From an uncultured Methanomicrobiaceae archaeon (lineage in GTDB: Archaea > Halobacteriota > Methanomicrobia > Methanomicrobiales > Methanoculleaceae), in contig CAWGXH010000004.1 of the NCBI GenBank assembly GCA_963826525.1, positions 960,001 through 1,024,000 on the forward strand: a stretch of DNA of 64,000 bases, read 5' to 3'. Position 1 is the stretch's first letter. Every line of letters starts with the position of its first letter. Both the position numbers and the translations under genes were made by a program. This document shows positions 32,561 through 42,811 of the stretch, one piece after another. The notes below the pieces were generated by a model. It saw nothing but the letters and a program-made list of their open reading frames with translations. It had not been told where the DNA came from and did not search any database.

Positions 32561-33268
32561 ATGCCCGATCCCTGGCATCTCTGGAGGATAGATCTAGAGA
32601 ACGCTCTGTCCTGGAGTATCAGGGGAGCGGTTCTCGATCTCCGGGGGGATGACCGGGGAGCGATGGACTGTTCCGGACGGGCTCTTGATCTCGATCCCTC
32701 TCTTGTTCCGGGATGGCTTGCACGGGCGATGATGCACCGCCGGCGGGGAAGGCTGAACGAGGCCCTGGCCTGCTACGAGCGGGTGCTCAAGATCGACAGA
32801 TCCCATCCCGGCGCCCGATACCACCGGGGAGGGATTCTCGCCGCCCTTGGAAAGGCGGGGGAGGCTGTTGCCTGTTTTGAAGAGCTCCTCGACGACAACC
32901 CGCACTTTGTCGGGGCGTGGATCGATCTCGGCTACGTCCACCTCTCCCGGCACCGCTACGGCGAAGCCATCGCCTGCTATGACCGGGCGATCGCCGATGT
33001 CCCGGAGAGCGCCAGGGCCTGGAGCCTGAAGGGCGGAGCGCTCTACGCTCTCGGGGAGTACCGCGACGCGCTCTTGTGTTTTAACCGTGCGCTCTCCGCC
33101 GATCCGCGGCATGCGACTGCCTGGAGTATGGCCTGTTGCGTGCTCTACCACCTGGGTCTCTACCGCCCGGCGCTTCTCTGTGCAGAGAAATCGCTCACGC
33201 TCGATCCGTCGTGCATGCTGACTCGTCAGGCACGGGATATGCTCCGGCAGAATCTGGAGCGGTGGTGA
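32561..33268 (+). CDS. Tetratricopeptide repeat protein, N-terminally shorter paralog of 31164-32000
   Basis: Shared segments MMHRRRGRL, PHFV.GWIDLGY, RAWSLKGGALYA. Confidence 0.8.
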   Translation: MPDPWHLWRIDLENALSWSIRGAVLDLRGDDRGAMDCSGRALDLDPSLVPGWLARAMMHRRRGRLNEALACYERVLKIDRSHPGARYHRGGILAALGKAGEAVACFEELLDDNPHFVGAWIDLGYVHLSRHRYGEAIACYDRAIADVPESARAWSLKGGALYALGEYRDALLCFNRALSADPRHATAWSMACCVLYHLGLYRPALLCAEKSLTLDPSCMLTRQARDMLRQNLERW

Positions 33269-33362
33269 CCCGGGTGGATTAGCACTTCCTAGTAGAAACC
33301 CTGCCCCTGGGGAGACTCCGACCGTTGATTACTCCGGCGAGCCAACAGTATGATCGTATCAC

Positions 33363-33743
33363 ATGGCAGCCGATCGGATCTCTATTGATATGATCCTCGC
33401 GTCGTATGCCACGGGCGAACCGATCTTCGCCTTTGCTGTGACCGAAAGAGGCGCCGGGGAGATCATCGGGTCGTGCGGGTTTGCACCGATGGACGACGGG
33501 GATGCCGTCCAGCTGTACTGCGCGTTCTTCCCCGGGCACTGGGGGAAGGGGTACGCGACCGAAGCGGGCAGAAGGATGATCGAGTATATCCTCTCGCTCC
33601 GGCGCTGGGATACCGTCGTCATCGATTCATCTCCCGAAAATCCCGTGTCGGGATGGGTTGCCGAACGCCTCGGCATGCGGTCGGTCGGCCCTGTGGAGCA
33701 GGAAGGACATCAGTCCCGGCGGTACGTGCTGAAGCGCACGTGA
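33363..33743 (+). CDS. GNAT (RimJ/RimL-like) acetyltransferase, apparently N-truncated
   Basis: IIGSCG, HWGKGYATEAG, PENPVSGWVAERLGM. Confidence 0.7.
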   Translation: MAADRISIDMILASYATGEPIFAFAVTERGAGEIIGSCGFAPMDDGDAVQLYCAFFPGHWGKGYATEAGRRMIEYILSLRRWDTVVIDSSPENPVSGWVAERLGMRSVGPVEQEGHQSRRYVLKRT

Positions 33744-33869
33744 TGTCGCCCATGCGGTCTTCTCCCCTGCTCTTCAGCGCCGTCCGGGTGGAGCGGGGTG
33801 GCTTCGTCGGCGTTTCAGAGGACGGGATTTTACGAATCGAAAAAAGAGGGTTTGGCTTTTCTTTGCAGG

Positions 33870-34568
33870 TTACTTACGCCGGAGCACGAGGAGCATGCCC
33901 GCCCCAAGGATACCGATCAGCATGGTGATCGGGCTTAAGGGAGCCTGCTGCGTCGGGGCGGGGGTTGCCGGATTCAGGGTTGCGTAGAGGTCGACGGTCT
34001 CGCCCTTTGCCGGATACTGGCTGACCTCGCCGGTGTAGGTCGTGTACCCTGCCTTCGAGACCGCGTAAGTCTTGTAAGGCGTTCCTGTGGTGTAGACCGG
34101 TACGCTCAGGGTTCCGTCGCTGATGGTGCCCTTGAGTTCGTTGTCGAAGTAGACCTCGGCACCGTTGACGTTGGCGTGGACGACGTACCATCCCTGGTCA
34201 CCGCCGATCGAGCCCGGCGTGGGGGTTGCCTGATTTAAGGTGGCGTAGAGATCGACGGTCTCGCCCTTTGCCGGGAACTGGTCGACCTGGTCGGTGAAGG
34301 TCGTGTAGCCCTCTTTCGAGACCGTGTAGGTCTTGTAGGGCGTTCCGGTAGTGTAGACCGGCACGTTCAGTTCGCCGTTTGTGATCTGTCCCTTGTAGTC
34401 GCCGTCGAAGTAGACGTCGGCGCCGTCGACGTTGGCGTGGACGACATACCATCCCTGGTCGCCGCCGATTGTCTCGGCTGCAGCCGTTCCCGTGATGCCG
34501 ACGAGGAACAGGAGGACGATTGCCGCAGAAACGGTTTTTGCGAGGGTTTTCATATGCATTCTCTTCAC
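33870..34568 (-). CDS. Surface protein with two PEGA-like domains and a C-terminal membrane anchor
   Basis: Signal peptide, two GGDQGWYVVHANV.GA.VYFD repeats, and a C-terminal APLSP...hydrophobic...RRK tail. Confidence 0.8.
   Translation of the reverse strand: MKRMHMKTLAKTVSAAIVLLFLVGITGTAAAETIGGDQGWYVVHANVDGADVYFDGDYKGQITNGELNVPVYTTGTPYKTYTVSKEGYTTFTDQVDQFPAKGETVDLYATLNQATPTPGSIGGDQGWYVVHANVNGAEVYFDNELKGTISDGTLSVPVYTTGTPYKTYAVSKAGYTTYTGEVSQYPAKGETVDLYATLNPATPAPTQQAPLSPITMLIGILGAGMLLVLRRK
33954..34469 (-). repeat. Intragenic tandem duplication, two copies with a 261-nt (87-aa) period
   Basis: IGGDQGWYVVHANV starts at 34469 and 34208. Near-identical YTTGTPYKTY and PAKGETVDLYATLN. Confidence 0.9.
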
Positions 34569-34941
34569 ATCCGAAGTATCACGAAATCCGCATCACGACC
34601 GCCCTTCGGGCACTCCCGCTCACCTGCAGATTTCTTATTTGTGATTGCTTCGCACCTGCTTTTCAGGGTTCCGGTTTGGTTCGGTGGGGAATGCTGCTTC
34701 CATGCTTTTCCGGTTTGACGATTCATAAATCGGCACCGCCCACGCATCCGCCTACGTTACGGCTCTGGGTTCGCCGACCCGGGTTCACCGGGGCTGTCGG
34801 CGAGTCCTTCTTCCGCAATGCCGGACGTGATTGCAGGCGACGGTGAGAAGTGTGATACATCCGATTGATGCCGGAATTCTTCCGTCGGTACTTCGCTTCA
34901 CCGTTTCTTCAAAAAAGGCGTGGGGAAGGGATACTCTCACC

Positions 34942-36171
34942 CTACTCCGCCCGCAGTGCTTCGATCGGGTCGAGGTTCGACGCTCGCCATGCCGGGTAGA
35001 CCCCGGTGACGACGCAGATTCCTGCGCCGACGAGCATGGCCATGAGAACGTACACGATGCTGCCGGGTGCAAAGAAGTACTCCGCAGTACCGACCATCCC
35101 GAGGACTACCACATAACCGATGGCGAGACTTAAGCCGGCACCGATCCCCGCGCCGACGATCCCGAGGATACACGCCTCGTAGACGAACATCTTCAGGATC
35201 TCGTCCCGCTGCGTACCTATGCTCCGTAGGATGCCGATCTCCCGCGTCCGTTCCGATACCGACATCATCATGACATTAAAGATCGAGACCGCGGCGACGA
35301 GAAGGGATATCCCTGCAATCGCCATCACGAACGTCGTCATCGTCGAGATCGTCGAGGTGATGCTCTCCATCATCCTACTGCTGTCCGAGACCGTAACCTC
35401 ATCGTTTTTCTTGTTCAGCTCCTCTTCTATCTCCGCTTTGACGGTATCGACGTCGTTTAGGTCGTTCACGACGATGTTGACCTGGTTGTACTCACCCTCT
35501 CCACCGTAGATGCCGGTAAAGAGCTTAGCACTCCCTGATTATCGCCGAGTCCGGTACTCAGGTCCATCGACATGCCTCGTTCCTCGAGAATGCCGACGAC
35601 ACGGACGGTCGTGGTACTTCCCTCGTCGGAATCCCCGATATCGATCTTGCTCCCGATCTTCAGGTCGTTGCGTTCGGCGATAGTCGGCCCGATCACCACC
35701 GAGGCGGTGCTCTTCGGGTATGCACCCTCCGAAAGGGTGAGAATCTCCGGGATCACGTCGGGGTCGAGCCCGTAGATGGTCGCCCTTCCGGTATTGTCCC
35801 CTATCTCGATTGTGTCGGATTCCTGGTATATGGCGTATACAGTCCCGTATTTTGCGGCTATCTTTTCGATCGTCGTGAACTGTTTTTCCGTAATCATATT
35901 CTCATCACTGTTGGACGAACCTCCGCCACCTCCCCCCCCAGGCCCGAAACCGCCGCCTCCGCCACCTCCACTGTACGCAGTGACGGTGAGTTTATTGGCC
36001 ATATCGGAGAGCTGCTTCCGTGACCGACAGGGTCATGTTCGCTCCCATCATCCCCATCGAGGCGATGGCGATGACGCCGATCACGATGCCGAGGGCGGCA
36101 AGGACAGACCTGAGGAAGTGCAACCGAACACTTCTCACCGAGAGCTGGAGAATGATGTCTTTTCCGATCAT
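34942..36171 (-). CDS. ABC transporter permease (MacB/FtsX type), several frameshifts
   Basis: LRSVLAALGIVIGVIAIASMG, MacB periplasmic segment, SVSERTREIGILRSIG, YPAWRASNLDPIEALRAE. Confidence 0.85.
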
Positions 36172-36843
36172 GCTACTCTTCCATCCCGGATTACAATCGT
36201 TCGTTCTGCGTACTCTGCTATCTCCGACTCATGCGTCACCATGATAATCGTACGACCCTTCTGGTGGAGACCTGCGAGCACATCCATGATCTGAGCGCCT
36301 GTCCGGGAGTCCAGGTTTCCGGTCGGTTCGTCGCAGAGCAGAATCGCGGGATCGTTCACGAGTGCCCGGGCTATCGCAACCCGCTGCTGCTGACCGCCGG
36401 AGAGCTCGTTTGGCTTATGGGTTGCGAGTGCTTCGTCGATTCCGACAAGAGCGAGGAGATTGCTCACGTGCCCGGTGTCGTCGTTCTTCCGGTACTTCAT
36501 GATGTAGGGATACTCGACGTTCTCGTATGCGGTAAGGAGGGGGATGAGGTTGAACTTCTGGAAGATGTAGCCGATCTCGGAGAGCCGTGAGATTGGTCAG
36601 TTCCCGGTCGTCCATCTCCCGGGTGTTCTTTCCTGCCAGGAAGAGGTCGCCCGACGTCGGGCGGTCGAGGCAGCCGATCTGGTTGAGAAGGGTGGATTTT
36701 CCCGACCCCGAAGGTCCCATGATGGCGACGAACTCCCCCGCACTGATGGCGAGGGAGACTCCGTCGAGCGCCACGACGTCGCCTGCGGGGAGAGGGTAGA
36801 CCTTCCTGACATCGTCAAGTTCGATAACCGGGCTGCTGCTCAC
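36168..36843 (-). CDS. ABC transporter ATP-binding protein (LolD/MacB type), frameshift near 36585
   Basis: GPSGSGKST, LSGGQQQRVAIARAL, LLCDEPTGNLD. Confidence 0.9.
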
Positions 36844-36861
36844 GGTCTTTACCTCCCCACT

Positions 36862-38151
36862 CTATTTACGGGACCGGTTCCGAACTCTGTCGCGGATCTT
36901 CTCAATATATCCCTTCCGCCACGCGACGACGAGAACGACACCCCCGATGACGACCAGGACGATCTCCAGTATCGGGATCTGCGAAAACCCGCCGCCGAAC
37001 GATCCAAACATGCCTCCGCCACCTCTGGGTGAGAAGCCTCCTGTGCTGCCCGGCATGCCCTGAATGTCGGTATTGTCTGCTGTCGCCGTCTGTCCGCCGC
37101 CTGCAAGCGAGATGGCCACGGTCTCTTTGAAGTTGTTGCCGTCTTCGTCCTTGTACTGGACGACCAGTGGGATGCTGGATGCACCCGGTGCGGTGCATGA
37201 TACCTCGAAGCTCGAGAAGTCGTCCGGTTCGAGAGCACCGACGACGTAGACCGGGTAGGGATCGGTGGCCGTGGCCGGACTGCCGACGGTGACCAGGACA
37301 GAATATGCATCTTTTAGCCCGGCGTTGGTTACGTCTCCGGTCAGCGTGATCGCGGTACCGCCTCGCGTCACCTCGACGTTGTTGACCACCGGCTCGGGCT
37401 GCACAGAACGATCACCAACCGTCACCGGGACGGTGAGTGTCGTGTGGTGCTCATTGATCCCGTTCCGGTAGGATACGTCGAAGGTGAGTTCGGTCGACTG
37501 CGCTGCTGCGACCTCGAGCGACACGTTCTTCTCCGCATCCGGTTGCAGGGCGCCGAGGAAGATGGCCGACTGCGTGGTAGTGATCCCCTCCCCCTGCGGC
37601 ACGACGGTGACACCGCTCACGGCGTTTTCACGGGGGTTGCCAACCGAGAGTGTTATCGTGTCCTTGCTGTTTGCCGGGAACGTATCTGGAGCGTCCAGGA
37701 TAGATACCTGAATTGCAGTGCTCTCCACCTTCACCGGAATGTAGTAGCGGATGCTCCCGCCGTCCCGGAGATCCAGGTAAAACTCCGGATAGTAGATGCC
37801 GTCGGAGGTGTCGGCCTTTACCGTGAAGGTGAACTTCATGGTATTACCGGGGCCTATAGTGCCCACGGAATTGTAGGTCTGATCGTTGACGACGGTGACC
37901 CCGCTCGGGTACAGTTTCGCCCTGCTGATAGCGACGCCTTCCGTCCCGGTGTTCGTGATCTCTACTGTCACCATGCCTGTATCCCCGCGCATGAAGACTT
38001 CAGGGCTGATAGTAACACTGGTGACTGCGATCAGTGCCTCCGGCGAGATATCCGTGGCTGTGCTGGTTGCTGCCGTGCTCGTCTCGGCGGCTGCGGTTAT
38101 CCCGACGATGGACGAGACAAGAAGGATTAAAATCCATATGTTCTGCTTCAT
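36862..38151 (-). CDS. COG1361 S-layer-family Ig-like protein associated with the ABC exporter
   Basis: Signal peptide, CARDB-like repeats (VEITNTG, GDVTNAG, VGALEPDDFSSFEV), C-terminal transmembrane helix and basic tail. Confidence 0.8.
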   Translation of the reverse strand: MKQNIWILILLVSSIVGITAAAETSTAATSTATDISPEALIAVTSVTISPEVFMRGDTGMVTVEITNTGTEGVAISRAKLYPSGVTVVNDQTYNSVGTIGPGNTMKFTFTVKADTSDGIYYPEFYLDLRDGGSIRYYIPVKVESTAIQVSILDAPDTFPANSKDTITLSVGNPRENAVSGVTVVPQGEGITTTQSAIFLGALQPDAEKNVSLEVAAAQSTELTFDVSYRNGINEHHTTLTVPVTVGDRSVQPEPVVNNVEVTRGGTAITLTGDVTNAGLKDAYSVLVTVGSPATATDPYPVYVVGALEPDDFSSFEVSCTAPGASSIPLVVQYKDEDGNNFKETVAISLAGGGQTATADNTDIQGMPGSTGGFSPRGGGGMFGSFGGGFSQIPILEIVLVVIGGVVLVVAWRKGYIEKIRDRVRNRSRK

Positions 38152-38385
38152 AGATGCTCCCCTACTCCGGAAATGCGGGCAGAATGGTCTGTCCATCCCG
38201 CACCGTCCGAATGTCGTGCTAGTTGATTTCTGCACGATTTACTCGCTTTGAAGACGTATGTCGGCACTACCGGTCTGTACCGCACGGAGGTGCGGCATCG
38301 ATGCGGTTGCGGTGGTTTTTCACGCATTTTTTGTTCGGTGCTCTGATGGAGCACCTCCCGCAATCCCGGGAAGCGCCGCACACCA

Positions 38386-38425
38386 ATGTAAAGTATATTT
38401 TACATATTGTTATTTAATACTTACC
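38386..38425. promoter_or_regulatory. Palindromic operator ATGTAAAGTATATTTTACAT next to a minus-strand TATA box
   Basis: 20-bp near-perfect palindrome at 38386-38405, repeated at 39456-39475. Confidence 0.75.
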
Positions 38426-38908
38426 AACTGCCCGTGATAGCCGACAGTATGGCATCTTTCCCTGACGTACCCGTGGGTATCTGATCGCGGTTTGGGCTGC
38501 GCCCGTGTGCCGTACCGGCACAAATCAGTGCCCGGCACAAAAGCGGTCATACGAAAATTGCCGGGACCGTTCCGGGGCGGCACCGAGGGGGTGTGCGAAG
38601 ACGAAAGTGCTCACTGCTTCAGGGGCGCGAAAAATGTGAGAGCCGAACGAAGCGGATGATCGCTTCCCGTCGGGCGAGGGCGGTTTTGCGTCATCGCGCT
38701 TCGTCGGCAAAGGTAGCGTATTTTTCTTCGTGAGAGAGATGGAAGGGGATCGGGTGGATGGAGAGTCCGTTCAGTCATGGCCGGGGGGAGATGCCGAACC
38801 GGCTTGTCGTCTCTGCCGCGTTGCTGTAAGCCCCAGGTGATGGCTCCGTGACAGGTCTCCTATTCCATCGTCCGATCCCCTCTTCCGTGTCTTTTGGTGA
38901 TGGGCAGG

Positions 38909-39387
38909 CTACTCGGTCGAGGTGGTGCACCGGTGTCCGCAGGTGCCGTTCTGTGGCCGTGCGGGAAGTTCGCCCCGGTGTTCTTCCATGAACTGCTGCA
39001 TGAGGGCTCGGGCGGTTTCGTGGTCGCCGTTATCGATGGCGTCACGGATCGCGGAGACGTCATACCCCTGCTGCTCCAGGTAGTTGAGGCGGGCGAGCGG
39101 TCCGAAACCCCGGTTGCCGTTTTCAGGTGGCGTGGGAAGTTCGTCCCGGTGTTCCTCCATGAACTGCTGCATCAGGGTTCTGGCGGTCTCTGCATCGCCG
39201 CTCTCGATGGCGGCTCTGATCTCCGAGACGTCGTATCCCTGTGCCTCGAGCTTGTCGAGGAGTGCGTCCGGTCCCATGCCCTCGCCGGCCGCTCCGTTCT
39301 GGAATGCGGCGGCTGCAGGTGCTGCCAGGAGTGCAAGCGATGCAGAACACCGATGCGACTCCCGATTGCGATTGTGCTTCTCTTCAT
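38909..39387 (-). CDS. Secreted hypothetical protein with two ~39-aa helical repeats, frameshift in the signal peptide
   Basis: LE.QGYDVS.IR.AI..GD.ETAR.LMQQFMEEHR.ELP occurs twice with a 171-nt period. GGAGG SD before ATG 39387. Confidence 0.7.
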
Positions 39388-39455
39388 AGGTTTCCTCCAT
39401 CTGTCGTTGGGTATCAGGCGTTGACCCCGATACATTTCGCCGGGGTCGTTGCGCC

Positions 39456-39495
39456 ATGTAAAGTATGTTTTACATATTGTTATTAATAACTTACT
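39456..39495. promoter_or_regulatory. Second copy of the palindromic operator (ATGTAAAGTATGTTTTACAT) plus TATA
   Basis: 19 of 20 bases match 38386-38405, with the same ATTGTTATT flank. Confidence 0.75.
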
Positions 39496-39712
39496 ATTGG
39501 TTGCCCATTGCGGACATTGTTGCCTGGAGTTTTGACGTATCGGCGATCACGGGCGGTCAGAATGGACAGCGAGATTCATCTCCGAGCGGCCGGAAGGGGA
39601 TGGGTACGGAAGCGCTGCAGGAGCCGGACGTGCGGCAGAGCGCTGTCTGCCGGCTTCAAAAGGAATCTGAGGTTTACGGGCGGCCATGATGTGGCGAAAC
39701 CATTTCTTCAGG

Positions 39713-39922
39713 TCATCGCGGCCCGGCAGTGTCGTTGTAGATGAATATCTCCTCGATGGAGACGCCGAAGAAACGAGCAATCTTAAAGGCAAGATCGAGC
39801 GACGGGTCGTACTTCCCCTTCTCGATGGCCAGAATGGTCTGCCGGGTGACCCCGAGCTCGTTTGCGAGCGCCTCCTGCGTCAGGTCGTGCATCGCCCGGT
39901 GGACCTTAATCCTGTTCTTCAT
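39713..39922 (-). CDS. XRE/Cro-C1 helix-turn-helix transcriptional regulator
   Basis: MKNRIKVHRAMHDLTQEALANELGVTRQTILAIEKGKYDPSLDLAFKIARFF. Confidence 0.92.
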   Translation of the reverse strand: MKNRIKVHRAMHDLTQEALANELGVTRQTILAIEKGKYDPSLDLAFKIARFFGVSIEEIFIYNDTAGPR

Positions 39923-40369
39923 CGGTCGTCCCATTCCCCATATTTGCGTGCGTAATACATCCTGAATCCGACATAGAGGAATATCATCAGACAGAGGAGT
40001 GCCATCTGAATGGTGGCGAACCAGCCGATCCCGGGGAGAGGGAGTCCAGGTCGCCACCGGGTGCGGAGGCGGCGGGCGCAGTCCGAGCGGTCTGCTGAAC
40101 GCCCAGGCTGCGCTCCCGAGATTGACGGCGAAGAAGACCACCCAGAAGACCTCCAGCGTCCGGAGCGCCGCTTTCTGGGTGATCATACTGGTTCGTTCGT
40201 CCTCAATTCTGCCCTCGACCGTCCGCCTCGCTCCGTAGATCAGCAGGATCCCGAGGATAAACGCCACCTGGATCAGGAGCGGCATCTCGAGTTCCACCGA
40301 CACCCAGAAGGCGGCGACTTCCAGCAGTGCGACGATCCCTACGAGCAGATAAAATGTATTTCGTTTCAT
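39919..40369 (-). CDS. DUF2178-like membrane protein, frameshift near 40030
   Basis: IEDERTSMITQKAALRTLEVF. The alternative frame gives a last TM helix ending YYARKYGEWDDR-stop, with ATGA overlap onto the HTH start. Confidence 0.75.
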
Positions 40370-40563
40370 ATGCGGCCGTTGTGTAATTTTATAGATACTT
40401 TGTTATTAATACGTGACGTATCTGCGAGATCGCCTGCACAGATAGGTTTGCATGTGCATGCTCCTCCATGGGCCGGATCTGCGGCAGGCGGACTCTTGCA
40501 GCCGTTTTATTGTGAGGTGAAACGAGAAGGTATATAATCAGCACCCGGCAAACCTCCATTCCT

Positions 40564-40873
40564 ATGAGTGAAACAGACGGTCGCTTTGAGAATGGGCGGT
40601 GGGTCAGAAGAGCCCGAGCCAGAAACCGATCAGATCCCGGTAGAGACCGGCCCGGCACCCGAAAGCGAGCCTCGCGCCGAAGATCTCATTGCCGATGCCT
40701 CCCGGTCGGTCACGAAAGCCGTCGACGACGTCGTCACTGCTGCCCGGCACCTCTTCGGAACGCCGGAGGGGAGAGAGCATATCGAGCGTTCGGCACGGAA
40801 AGCCGGCTCCGATCTCGAGAAAGCGATCAACGACGTGGCGGAGAACGCCCGGAGGGCATTGGAACGCCGGTGA
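40564..40873 (+). CDS. Small helical hypothetical protein, copy 1 (frameshift near 40605)
   Basis: MSETDGRFENGRWV / EEPEPE...HLFGTPEGREHIERSARKAG. Paralog of 42521-42811. Confidence 0.7.
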
Positions 40874-40925
40874 TGTCCTGCTTCGGCGGTCTCGAGTCCC
40901 TTAAAACCCAGTGCCGCCACGGCCG

Positions 40926-41507
40926 TCAGAAGGCCAGTCTGACGATGCCGAGCGCCATCGCCATGACCACTCCCGATGCGATCACCCACCCGATGAGCAT
41001 GCAGAGCATGGAAAGCATACGAGGATACTGAAAGAGCCGTGCGACAATGGGAGTGCCGTACAGGGCGATCCCGGGAATCCAGATGATTGGGATCAGCGTC
41101 AAAACCCCGTACTTCCGGAAGTAATCGACCTCCCGTGTCTTTTCATCGACTTTCCGGAGCAGGCCGTTGAACCGTGCTGATCTGGTGGCAAGCAGATCGC
41201 TCAGTTCGAAGATTGCGAGCATGACTCCGGCCGCCACCGACGTAACCAGTGCGAGCACAATGACGGGGTGAAGACGGAATCCAAGTCCGACTGCCGCAGA
41301 TCCGGCCTGCAGGAGGAGCGTGGATGCAATAAGCGTGATCACGGCAGAAGGATCGAGCCTGGACAGAGCGCCGAGCATGAGCGGGACGGCAAGAATAAAG
41401 ATGATGATCGCTGCTGCGGCTCTGATGATCCGGGAGAGGCAGCCCCTCATCGAGGACTTCTGCGAGCATTCACTGGTGAGTGGTCTCTGCGCCATCTCCT
41501 GCCCCAT
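40926..41507 (-). CDS. Small multidrug-export-like membrane protein
   Basis: Hydrophobic helices with a KYGVLTLIPIIWIPGIALYG motif. Confidence 0.6.
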   Translation of the reverse strand: MGQEMAQRPLTSECSQKSSMRGCLSRIIRAAAAIIIFILAVPLMLGALSRLDPSAVITLIASTLLLQAGSAAVGLGFRLHPVIVLALVTSVAAGVMLAIFELSDLLATRSARFNGLLRKVDEKTREVDYFRKYGVLTLIPIIWIPGIALYGTPIVARLFQYPRMLSMLCMLIGWVIASGVVMAMALGIVRLAF

Positions 41508-41585
41508 GCACTATGCACCCCCCAGGGCTTTGAAGGTATGCCCGGCGAGTATCCTCCCCGCAGCAGGATCGGTTTTGCTCGCCCC

Positions 41586-42389
41586 TCACGTTCCCCCATA
41601 TCGTCTGGCGTGATCCCACGACCGGCGGATCTCCCCATGCCGCTCTCCCGGTTCGTAGAGTGAGGCGTCCTCTCGTCCATAGTGCTTCCGGTCTTCACCG
41701 ACCGGGCAGACCTTGATGCAGATGCCGCAGGGAGAGATGTGGCGTTTATTCAGTGCAGCGCTGTGTGCGGCGCAGGTATGCCTGTCGGTCAGGCCCTCCG
41801 GGTAGTCTGCACAGTCGAGCGCACCGGTCGGACAGTGCCTGACGCATTGCATGCACCGGGTGCAGAGCTCGCGGTCGATCATCGGATCCGGCGAGAGCGA
41901 AGCGGCGGTGAGGACGGAACCGAAGCGGATCCGGGGACCGTATCCAGGGGTGAGGACGGTGTTATTGACGCCGAAGGTTCCGAGCCCGGCGAGGAGTGCG
42001 GCGTGCCGGTGCGAGAAGAAGGCGGTGGGGTTTTTCTGAAGCACCTCGATGCTCCCGTAGCCGTCCCGCGGCACGAAGACCGACGGGTACCCCTGTTCGT
42101 TCAAAAATGAGGCAAGACGGTAGGTATACTGGTCGAGGAGGGTGTTTACTGTCCTGTAGAGTTCCCGGTAGTAGATGGAGGGCGAGGTCTCGAGCACCGG
42201 AAGGTGGATGGGGAGGCCGATGACGATCACCGATCGTGCCCCGGGGAATATCGACTGCGGAAAGAACTCCTCAGGCATCCACGGTCGGAACGGGGGATGC
42301 TCCCACCGCTCCACGTTCGCCACCCCGACGAGCGGGATCTCCATCGTCCGGCACCGTTCACTGACGGCCTCTTTCAGTTCATCGATCAT
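41586..42389 (-). CDS. Epoxyqueuosine-reductase-like (QueG/RdhA fold) 4Fe-4S protein
   Basis: FSHRHAALLAGLGTFGVN, YGPRIRFGSVLT, CTRCMQCVRHCP, CGICIKVCP. Confidence 0.85.
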   Translation of the reverse strand: MIDELKEAVSERCRTMEIPLVGVANVERWEHPPFRPWMPEEFFPQSIFPGARSVIVIGLPIHLPVLETSPSIYYRELYRTVNTLLDQYTYRLASFLNEQGYPSVFVPRDGYGSIEVLQKNPTAFFSHRHAALLAGLGTFGVNNTVLTPGYGPRIRFGSVLTAASLSPDPMIDRELCTRCMQCVRHCPTGALDCADYPEGLTDRHTCAAHSAALNKRHISPCGICIKVCPVGEDRKHYGREDASLYEPGERHGEIRRSWDHARRYGGT

Positions 42390-42520
42390 GCCTTTATCAA
42401 CCGAAGTTCTTCGCAGGCCAGCTACAAAAGGGTGACCGCTCCCTTCTCCATCCCTGTATTCGCACTTCGAACCGGGAAAAATCAGAAATCTTTATCCCAT
42501 GTTGGCACCTCTCCTCATCA

Positions 42521-42811
42521 ATGAGCGAAAAGAAAGGTCATTTTGACAGGGGCCGCTGGATCGAAGACAGCGACCCTGTATCGGAGCCGGAGCCTGCACC
42601 GGCTGCCCCGACGGTTGAAGAACGTATTAACGAGGCATCCCAATCGGTTCAGAAAGCGGTCGGCGACGTGGTCAACTCCGGTCAGCACCTCCTTGGAACA
42701 CCTGAGGGGCATGAGCATATCGAGCGAGCAGCACGAAACGCAGCCGAAAACCTGGAGAGAGCGATTAACGAGTGGGCGGCCTCTGCCCGACTTGCCTTGA
42801 GGAGGTTTTAG
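42521..42811 (+). CDS. Small helical hypothetical protein, copy 2
   Basis: MSEKKGHFDRGRWIE...HLLGTPEGHEHIERAAR. Promoter-like GAAATCTTTATCC upstream. Confidence 0.75.
   Translation: MSEKKGHFDRGRWIEDSDPVSEPEPAPAAPTVEERINEASQSVQKAVGDVVNSGQHLLGTPEGHEHIERAARNAAENLERAINEWAASARLALRRF

Noticed and set aside
35915-35970. Low-complexity CCG/CCT run
   Set aside because: It encodes a Gly-rich linker inside the ABC permease and is not an independent repeat element.
39713-40369. Apparent fusion of a membrane protein with an XRE HTH (218-aa ORF)
   Set aside because: An alternative frame after ~40030 gives a proper final TM helix and an ATGA overlap with the HTH start, so the fusion is best explained by one indel.
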